DNA from: Podospora anserina
Taxonomy: Eukaryota
Assembly: GCA_017654855.1 (NCBI GenBank)
Contig: CM030337.1
Location: 186,001-250,000 of the forward strand
Direction of reading: 5' to 3'
DNA: 64,000 nt
Position numbers and translations under genes: made by a program. This document shows positions 53,301 to 64,000 of this stretch, piece after piece. Below the pieces are notes generated by a model that was given only the letters and a program-made list of their open reading frames with translations, had not been told where the DNA came from and searched no databases. Position 1 is the stretch's first letter, and each line of letters starts with the position of its first letter.

Positions 53301-54371
53301 TTTTAAAGAAGGAATTTATTTGTATTATCATATTGTTACCTTATACTCCTTTGTATACCTTATATATTTCTCTTTTTACTACTATTATTCTATTTTAATA
53401 TATTCAGCTATGATAAACTATAAACATATTAATCATTATATATATTATTCATCCGGTTTTACTATTCCAGTTGAGTAATTATGAGAAGCGAGAACTGTAT
53501 ATTTAAAATAAGTGTCTGTAGAAAGAAGTATTACCTTACACTTTAAGTATTTACTATATACTATTTGTGAAATAACTTAATAATTTACTTTTATTCGCTG
53601 GGCTATTCATTCAATTCATCAAAATACCTTAAGAATTTATAACGTACTTATTTATTAGAAGTTAGCCTAGGTAGAGTATTATGATAGCTATTTAATATTA
53701 AAGCTTTTAACATCATTAATTAAATAATTAATAAGATCGTAAAATAAAATGCTAGGAATAAGAGACTCATATAATTCTGAATAGTAATATTATAACTCTT
53801 TCAGAAAGCTATATAAAAAATCTTATTTCGTTATTATCTAAATAAATTGATATAATAAAGTATTGAAATTATATTGAGAAATTATCATACTAATGTACTT
53901 TTGTTTTCTATTAATTACTACAAAAAAGCTTTTATTAAATTTCAAGTTTAAGTTTATTGAATGCAATATTATATTGTATTACATGTTATCATTAATTTCC
54001 TTTATAAAGTAAAAACTAAACAACTTGTATAGTTTTAAAACTATATTATTATAATTTTCCAAAGGTCAGTGCTTAATAGTTATTAAATTTAATATATATA
54101 TAATGAAGATATATTTTGACTTTTTTAATTTCAACAACATTTACATTAATATCTTTTATATATATCAATGTTAGGCTAGGAATTAAAAAGATAATAGAAT
54201 TCGAAGAAAACTATAAAGATTTAAATTATTAAAGTATTTATTATACAACTTTTGGTTCTTTAATTCATTATTTTTCATTTTAAAATAATAGGGAGTTTAT
54301 TTGGTATTAAATAAAGGTTAGGGTATAAGTAAATAATAGTTTAGTCATTATAAATCATTTAAGTACGTCAT

Positions 54372-54714
54372 TGTCACGGTTTTGGAAGACAGTGGAGGCG
54401 TAAGAAACCAATCAGGGCTGGACCGGGCGATGGAGAGGGGCTCACGGTCCAGTATCAGCCAATAGGGAGAGGACCGAGGACCGTCTGGGAGTCAACGGTC
54501 CAAGGTCCCCTAGGTCTATATATACGGAGGTACTGGCTGGTGTTGGTAGACAGTCCCGCAGTATGCAACTCCAAGTCACAGTTGTTGATATCAAGACTAT
54601 TGTGATTGAGACAAGCCATTTGTTGTGCACTGTTTAGCTGTACAGAACTAGGATTATGCAGAAGTGCCTTCAACTAGTATCCCTTTCAGAGGTTCTGGAT
54701 AGGGGTTCGTCACA
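54372..54714 (+). mobile_element. Solo LTR F (family A-C), no matching TSD
   Basis: TGTCAC...TTCGTCACA; flanks GTCAT vs CTTTG. Confidence 0.85.
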
Positions 54715-55974
54715 CTTTGGTTTACTTATCTAATCAATAATTTCACTTTTTGAAAGCTATTGAATAGATTACTTTTATTATATATAGAAAAATATAAAGT
54801 TTGTATGTAATAACCAATTCTTTTTTAAAATCAAAATCATTATAAATAAGAACCTTGATTAATATGAAAAGGTACAATTTAACGAAAAAATTATTCAAGA
54901 TTTATGGAAAAAGGAAATATTACAGAAATTCACTAAGGATTAGTATTAGTAAAGATATTACTATTATAAACCGTAGTTGTTATATTAAAAGCTATTATGA
55001 AAGAATCTTTTGAGATTTTTTAAGAGCCATAAACACCTTAAACATTTCTTTAACCCTTTTTTATTTCTTTGTTTTTACTACGTTTAAAGTTTCCAAATTT
55101 ATTAATACCAAAATTAAAAGCTTTAATGGCCTTTACACTTTCGATAAAAGTAATATATAATTAAAGTATTATTAGGACTTAAATATTAAAATCTCAGTAT
55201 TAAATACTAGGAGTAATTAAGATTATATTTATTTTAGCCAACGTAGACAATCATTGTTTTAGCAATAATTAACTGAACTCATAGCATACATTTGAATACC
55301 TATTTCTTAGAACTTTAACCTAGATTTATTAAATTTAGAGTTGATTTCTTTTCAATTTTACCATATTATTAAATTTGCATTGGTAGAGTTCATGATAGAA
55401 AATTATGCTAATAGGGATATATCGTATCTTTAAAAGTTTTTAAATCATTATAAAATATTATTTAGTTTTAATAGTGAATAATCGATTAGCTTCAAAGGTA
55501 TTTTAAGAAGTAAAATTAAGCTTTTAAACTATTTACTAGGTCCATAAATTATTTCAAGGTTATTAACAAAGTTAATAAAGATATAAATAATCAATAATAT
55601 AAGATGTATTTAGAAAGGTGATTAATAGTATTATCTAGTATAGATTCATTAAACCTAACAATAAAACAAAAGTATAATGAAATCATACTTATATGTTTAT
55701 TATAAATTTTTTTAAATATTGAAATTAGTAATGATAGATATTAGTATCATAAAATATTATGACTATTAGGTTTCTTTATCATTTTTATTTAAAATGCTTG
55801 AAGACTAAGTTTACATATGGATTAACAAAGCAACTTTTAAACCAAAAGATAATATACATCAATTTAATGTTTTTAAGGATAAAACCAGTTGATGATATTT
55901 TCTATATGCATACAATTCCTAATAAGGTTTATTCCGCTTTCATTTAGTTCATAGTGAAGTATTATTAACAATTC

Positions 55975-56351
55975 TAATAATTTAATAATTTTAATAATTT
56001 TAATAATTTTAATAATTTTAATAATTTTAATAATTTTAATAATTTTAATAATTTTAATAATTTTAATAATTTTAATAATTTTAATAATTTTAATAATTTT
56101 AATAATTTTAATAATTTTAATAATTTTAATAATTTTAATAATTTTAATAATTTTAATAATTTTAATAATTTTAATAATTTTAATAATTTTAATAATTTTA
56201 ATAATTTTAATAATTTTAATAATTTTAATAATTTTAATAATTTTAATAATTTTAATAATTTTAATAATTTTAATAATTTTAATAATTTTAATAATTTTAA
56301 TAATTTTAATAATTTTAATAATTTTAATAATTTTAATAATTTTCATAATTT
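55975..56351. repeat. Near-perfect 9-bp tandem array (TAATAATTT)n, about 41 copies
   Basis: Directly visible; it generates the spurious (KII)n ORF. Confidence 0.95.
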
Positions 56352-58364
56352 AACGTGTAACAAAATGATTCATATTATTAACTGTATATTTTGAGACAGA
56401 TTTATTACAATGATTAAATTATATTTTCTCATTAAAATGAAGAAATATATATTTGTAATATTTTCTTTGTTGAGGTACCATTTGAAATAATAAAAAAGGT
56501 ACTGCTTTATTTTCATTTAATTATAAAGATTTAAGTAATGTAGAGATAATACACAAGAGGAAAATTCTTTTTGCTTTAATATATTCGATTTTGCGGACTA
56601 TATTGATTCTTTTTCAAAAGTTAAAAAGTATATAAGTCTCTTATTTAGTAAACTATTACAATGTTGTAATTCCTTTTTACAAATGTCATTTTACTATAGT
56701 AAAGTTAATAATAGAGCTGTTAGAAAAATATAGCAACATAGATTATGAAGGACTTAGAATTATCTTTACAGCTTCAAAGTTTTGCTTTATGTTCCAATTT
56801 TAATCCAATTATTAAGGAAAGTTATGGTTAATATCTTTACTATAAAAACCATTATGTGTAGTAAATACTTTTCTTAAAGATTAGCGGAGTATAACGTAAG
56901 AGATGGAAATAAACGCCTTACCTCTTATTAAACTAGTAACACCAACACTAATAACGAAAGGGTCAATAATCTTGAATAGTATTATAAGTCTTAAAAAACC
57001 TATATACAAGCCCATTTCTTCTTATATACAAAGACCAACTAATATAATGAACTTTGAATTAATATTGAAAGAGTATGATACTAATATATTATTTTTCCTC
57101 TTTATTATATAAAACTACAAATCCTAAAGAATCTCAAGATTATAATGTTGAAAGTTTTAACAGATTCCTAATTAATAAGTAGTATATAGGTATTGATAAA
57201 TAAAAATTATTTTACTATTCTACTTTCAATATGAATACTTCCTTAATAATTACTAATAATTCAACTTTCAAAAGCCAAGGTAGCATAACTCTTATATTCT
57301 CTAGGCTAATCAGTTTTTATCATATAATAGAAAGCAATTTAGTTTTGCATAGAGTAGAGTACTAATATACTCGGTTTACTGTTATAATATGTACTAGTTT
57401 TTTCTAATATTTAGTAAGCAGTAGTGTTATACTAATATTGTATTTCTTCAATAATAATTTCATGATTTACTTTTTTATTTTGTTTTCTATATGGTTTTCA
57501 CAAAGCTTTATAATATGATAATTTAAGCTTGTTTTACTGCTTCGCTATCAGTATTAATCTTATTACTTTAATAATACGGAAGGCTATTATTCCCTTCGTT
57601 TATCCTATGCCCCGGTAGTTTTCCTTTTCAAAAAAAAACCCTATTATTATTGATTATTCAATAATTTTTACTTTGATTTTGTTTTGTGTAAATAGTAGTT
57701 CAGTTTAGAGAATAAAACCAAATATTATAAGAATAATTAATTTTTACTTATATATTATTATTTACATCCTTTTAATATCAGTTAAAAAGCATGAATCAAA
57801 GTACTAAATGATGAAATTCATTGAATAATGTCATGTTTAATGTTCTTAAAAATGAAAGATATAGGTTTTTTTTAAATCATTTGTGCATTTTACTTTAGTA
57901 ACTTGACTTACGTTTGTAATATTGATTAAATACTTCTTATAATATGTCTTTTTTATAAAAGATTAAGAATAGATATTTTAAAATGCTTTTAGAAATAAAC
58001 ATAAGAAACACCATAAGCTTTATATCTCCACGGTTAGCTTTTTATTTTAGTATAGTAGATAGAGGTAATATTAAAATATATTTCATTGTATTGTCTTTAC
58101 ATCGTAATTATATTACAACTTAACTTTCTAATAAGTCATGCATAAATCATAAATTCTAAATAGAAAGTAATATGATATTAAATTTATATTTCTCTCATTC
58201 AAGTTCTATAATTCACTCTTCCAAATAATTTTCTCTATATCAGCAAAATACTGTTATATTACTTTTCTAAACATTTATAACATTATTATCAAGGGTTATT
58301 TCAGCTTTTTACGATAAATATTGAATTTTATTCTTTTAATAGTACATAACGCTATTCTTTCCGT

Positions 58365-58418
58365 TTTCCTTTTTCTTCTTTTTCATCTTTTTCTTCTTTT
58401 TCTTCTTTTTCTTCTTTT
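58365..58418. repeat. (TTTTTCTTC)n 9-bp tandem, about 5 copies
   Basis: Directly visible. Confidence 0.75.
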
Positions 58419-58617
58419 TATATTCTAATAACTAAAGTTCCTATTATGGAGGGTTTTTTTCACATATTTTAAATTAATATCGTGACCATTATAAAAGTTA
58501 AATCAAGTATATTACTAAAAAGCCCTTTACTTTTATTTGATGAAGAGTTATTCTTTATCTATTTATAATTGAATAAGTAAATCTTTATTTATGAAAGTTT
58601 GGGTTTCAATTAGTAGG

Positions 58618-59064
58618 TATGAAGAACTCAATCCGAACCCTGTGAAAGAAATAGTAGTCAAAGGCACTTTTACATAATCTTAATTTGGTATAGCTAAATA
58701 ATATAAAATATTAGCTTATCGTAAATACAATAGTCTTAATACTAACGAATATACCTTATAATTATATACTACGGAACTATCGACGAGCTTAATCGATTCC
58801 TCCGTATATATAAACCTCGGGACCCTAAGGTACTTAACCCGCTCCGGCCCCGATTGCCGCTAGTAATTATACCCTACGAAGTGCTCGTCGTGCTATACCC
58901 TCGATCACTCGGAGCATCTTATATCCTATGAAGTACTCGTATTTCTTGGCGCCATAATACATTTTACTAGCCCTTATTAGCTACCTCCTAACTATCCTGA
59001 TAAGTAGCTAGGGACGTCCCGCACTCTGTATACTATTTAACCTGCCATCAACTTAACAATAATA
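58618..59064 (-). mobile_element. Solo LTR G (family A-C), heavily RIP-mutated
   Basis: TATGAAGAAC start, ATACTACGGAACTATC..TTCCTCCGTATATATAAACC core, end CTTAACAATAATA (cf. CTTAACTGTGACA in B); imperfect TSD GTAGG/GTCGG. Confidence 0.7.
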
Positions 59065-59801
59065 GTCGGGGTTTTTCTCAAAGTTAAATTGAAAAACACA
59101 GGATTTTAGAGTACATGTACATTAATTAGTTTAATATACATCTCATATTTTGAATCATAGAATAAATATTATTTTCTTAACTATTTATATATTATTTTAT
59201 AATTATATTCTTCCCTTTATTTTAATTGAAAATATATATCTTGATTTTAATTTTATTCAGGAGTTTATTAAGGCTTGTAGTATATATATGTAAATAGACT
59301 TTTCATTACTTCACAGTGGTAATAATATTTGGAATTAGATTTTGAATGTAGTTTTAAGTATAATCTTACAATTTATAAAAGCACAAATTTAATCTTTATA
59401 TTCTATTAAACACAATATATACTTATAATTTAAATATTCCTTAGTACTGATTAAATCAAAGAAATGATATATATATTAATTAATATATCATACTTTATGA
59501 TAGCTTTACAGACTCTTAATTTTTGGAATGAACGATTTAAACTGTATAATTCTAGAGATATCAAAACCACCCTTAAGGATATGAAATTCTTGTATTTATT
59601 CACTAGATTTCCTTTACTATATCAAAATCTGTCAAGTAAAATTAATGCCATTGGATATAAATCTAATTATTGAACTACATATCTGGAAGAAGATTAAAAT
59701 TAAAGTGCTTATTTAACAATGTAAAAGTAAAAATGTAGAAATAGAAATAGCATGATCATATTAGGATATAAAGAAGAATATAGTAATAAAGTGATAGTTC
59801 A

Positions 59802-60033
<232 letters not shown>

Positions 60034-63000
60034 AGTGTTGTAAATTACAGTAGTTGTTATGTTTTAATGGTATTCTATTCAAGAAATCCGGTAAATATAT
60101 TGAATTGTATATTTTTTAGTAAGTTGTACAATAAAATGTTTCATGAAACGATAATTAAAATAAGCCTATTAATCATAATCGAATTAATTTATTTTTATTC
60201 TACACCAAATATTTTGTTTCTTTGAATAAATGTTAATGACTTTATATCAAAATTTCCTATACGAATAATAAATAATAATGTAAATAGTATATGAGATTAT
60301 CTGAAGATAATACAAAACGATTAGTATACACATATTAGAAAAAGTTAAATAACTTTTATAAATCAAATAAAACTCGTTAGATTATTAATATAATTTGATC
60401 TCAAGGTAGGATCTTTCGGTATCAAAATAAACAAATAGATTTATATTAATTAAACTTTACAGTTCATAAATATAGATCTTTTATATAAGTTAATCATAAA
60501 ATGTATATTATGATAAAAATATTGAAAGGTTAACAAAAACCGTATTTTATATCGCTAGTACTAAAAGTTCGCTATTTCGATTGTTAAAAGTTTTTTATTA
60601 AAATGCGTGAGTGAATGTTACATAATATTACGATATACCTTACCTTTTTCAATACTTGTGATACTATTCATTATCTATAACCTCGCTAATAACTCCTCTA
60701 TTGCTCATTTGCCGGTAAGGAATATCACTAATGTTTTTTACTTTTTTTCCCTATATTATTTATTTCTCTTTTAGTACTATATCCTTGCTTTTCCATTACT
60801 ATGTAACTTCAACGGTATTAAACTTAACTACTAACGTCTATGAATTCAAATACTATTTTTTAACTGCTCTGATGTTAATTTATCCATTAACTTTATCACA
60901 TAGATAATGTTCTATTTACTACTATAATCTGTAATAGAAGATAAATATATTTACTTAGGTCTATACTAAACCAACCATACGCATAACATCGAGTGCTGTA
61001 AAGTGCTACGTTTCTAAATTTTATTAATAGGATATATAAAACAAAATAGATTAAAGTATGGTTGATAGATAATTTCGGAAAATAATATATATTGAATAAT
61101 ACAATCTTCAGTCTTAAAGTAAGTAATTAACGCTACATTAGTACTTATAAGTTGAGAAATTATTTAATTAGGGACTTCTTTGAGGGAATAATACAAGTAA
61201 TTTTTTTAAAGTAAACAGTTAGTATTTTATTCAAATATATAATGTTTCATTTTTACTTATAGAAGTTTAATGAACTAGGCCCCCATAGGTAGGGGGCTTA
61301 TTTATAAAGATTAAAGTGAAAAGACTTAGGATTATAAAATCTTTGCATATTGATTTCTTTTTTAAAATCATTATTACTTTCATCATTAATCAATCATACA
61401 TTCCTTTACTAACACTGTACTCTTCCGGTGTTATACCTATCTCTTCTACTTTAATTAAAATATAAACTTTATATTTAATTTAGCTATGTTATTTATTTAG
61501 AAATTATAAATTACATAATAATATTAATAAACTCTTTTTTAACTTTAAAATGATTAAAGCTCTCATGAAATTACATCTTCTATTTTATGAGTAGCCTAAC
61601 ATTAAATACACCAAAGTTATTTACTAAAAGCTTATTAAAAGTAAAACGTTAATGCATATTATAAATATAAACATTTATTCAATAATTATTAATAACTTGC
61701 TTCTTGAAAGATTAATATGATATGATTTTTGGATTTGTTAGGTTATTTAATTTCTATAGTATATAGAAAATAAAACATAGTTTTAATAATTAATAGAATT
61801 CTTTTTTAAGAAAAAGCGCTAGATGCAGAAATAGCCATTACCCACGATTAAAATAGTAATGTAAAATATAAGTAACGAAGGGCTAAAATAGGTCTAAACG
61901 GTAGCGTTATGAGCCTTAAGCGAGCTATGAAAAAAGTTCTATTATATAAAAACTAACTATTACTCCCTATTAACTATTTAAAACAGCTTATTATCCATTA
62001 TTAAATTAGGTTCCGGTATATTAAATACTATACTATATTAAAACCTGTATTGATCTTTATCATAGTATAGGAGTCAAATAATCTATAATAAATAATTCTT
62101 TTTCAGAAAAGAGCCGGAGCGCAATGTACAATTAAAATGGTGAAGTAAAACGTAAGTAACAAGGGACTAAATAACTTTCAACGGTAGTATTATAAATCTT
62201 TAGCAAAGTTATACCAAAAAAAACTATTTTTATTACATAAAAATTCAACTGATATAATATTGTTTTTATTAAATATCCCAAAAGAATTATACTTCGCTAT
62301 AAAACTAAATACTAACGTCTCAAATATTATACTATTTCGAAACCTACATTTATATTTAATACATCGTAGGAAATAAGTTAATTCACGTAGATTAAAAGTT
62401 TCGTTACCTTTATGTTCGAAAGGTTAATTAATAATAATTACTAAATGAATCTTTGAAATTAAAATATTTCCTCACGTTTTGCTTTTCACGAAATTTATAT
62501 TAAAAGTTTAATATATTTCAGTTTAAAATTAATAAATAAATAAAAAGTAGAGTTTGAAAAGGCTTACAAAGACTTCGAAAGTATCGGAAAATATACAACT
62601 ATTGTTATATATATATTAAAGTTTTTAAATCAACGAGTTAATTAAGTTAAATATAGAATTTACGCCTCTACTTAAAATAAAAATAAAAGTATAATACTAA
62701 TATAGTACGGGGTTAATAGGAGAAACTTTGATTGATTAATCAATAAGAATAAGTAAATAACCAAAAGAATTTATTATATACATATTTTATAACCCTAGAT
62801 CTGTTTACTTTAAGCTTTGTAAAAAAAGTCCCTTATCTTTCAAGACTAACTATATAATCTATATAATTTAGAAATCATATTATCCTAGCTTTTAAAAGGT
62901 TAATTATCAATAATTACCGCATAAGTGTCTACAATTAAAATATACTTTAATTTCCTACTTTTAACAAAATTTAAACTGATAGCTTTACAATATTTTAAGT

Positions 63001-63327
63001 TTATATTGGTAGGTAAATAGCAAATATAATTTGAAGAGATTTATAAAAACTTTGAACTTATTAACAAGTTTATTACTTTTATCATATAGCCTCAGAATCT
63101 TCATCAATAAAATAAATAATTAGGCGTGGAATTGATATCTCCGATTAAGGTAAAAGGAAAAGATTTAATAGTGACATAGTACAAAGTTAGCGGGAGGAAA
63201 TACAGTTAGTTAATTATTAAAAGTAGTAAAAGTATTTAGCAAAATTATCTTATAAATAAATGTCTTATAACCCCAAACATTTTCACTTTAACCCCTGTAA
63301 AGAAGTCTCCTACCCGTAGAGACTAAG

Positions 63328-63729
63328 TGTGACGAATCTCTATCCAGGACCTCTGGAAGAGATACTAGTCGAAGGCGCTTCTAGACAATCTAGTTCGGTG
63401 CAGCTAAACAGTGCACGATAATAGCTTGTCTCAATCACAATAGTGTGAACACTAACTAATGTGACTTGTATTGCATACTGCGGAACTATCTGCTACCCAT
63501 CTAGTTCCTCTGAATATATAGACTTGAGGACTATAGACTGTTGACTTACAGACATTCCTCGGTCCTCATCTTATTGGCTTAGCTTGGACCGTGGACCCTG
63601 AGCTCCGCCGTGGTCCCCGTTCTGAATTTCATTAGTCCGTCCTGGCTACTAAACCATGAGCCACGCTCACCTTCCTGGTCTAGTCCTCTTTGGCCCGCCA
63701 GTTCCCACCTTCTATCCAAAACCGCCACA
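63328..63729 (-). mobile_element. Solo LTR H (family A-C, GGACC-type variable half)
   Basis: TGTGACGAA...CCGCCACA; flanks CTAAG/CCGAG differ only by C>T/G>A transitions. Confidence 0.82.
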
Positions 63730-64000
63730 CCGAGCTAGCTACGTCTCAACGAGTAAAGATGGTTTGTAATATAGTATAGTATTTAATCTATTAAGGTTTA
63801 ATTTTATAATAAATAGTAAATTCTTTTGATATTTAATAAAAAGTAATGTTATATTAATAGTATGTTTTTTGAATATTAATATCTTTGGTTATTGTTTTGA
63901 TTAGGTTTTTTATATAATGAAAAAATTATTCTTTTCTATAATTCTTTTAGAGGTTAATACTTTTATTATTTAACGTACTTTTTTATTAAATATCATTTAA

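Noticed and set aside
55873-56346. (KII)n ORF
   Set aside because: Translation of the 9-bp tandem array.

Overview
Filamentous ascomycete (Sordariales, probably a Podospora-like fungus; inferred from gene content, intron style and repeat types) window with two sharply different halves. 1-28.3 kb is GC-balanced, gene-dense euchromatin with about 13 intron-containing genes: a HAL2/IMPase-family phosphatase (5' truncated), a secreted DUF1996 protein, striatin/PRO11, RAD14/XPA, PHO88, a POF1-like NMN adenylyltransferase, APC10, MRE11, TAF10, mitochondrial RSM19, a Zn2Cys6 transcription factor, a redox-inactive PDI-like HDEL protein with two 8-nt microexons, and a broken SDR. From about 28.4 kb to the end is a gene-free, extremely AT-rich block mutated by RIP (repeat-induced point mutation) that looks centromeric or pericentromeric. 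It holds a complete but dead Copia retrotransposon with TSD, a dead Fot1/pogo DNA transposon with TIRs, nine solo LTRs (seven from one family with a conserved half and swappable variable halves), young microsatellites, and a background of many diverged copies of an unrecognised ancient repeat ending in a GC-rich palindrome. I found no clearly new protein-coding system; the most novel signals are structural (ancient matrix repeat, modular LTRs, RIP gradients, microexons).
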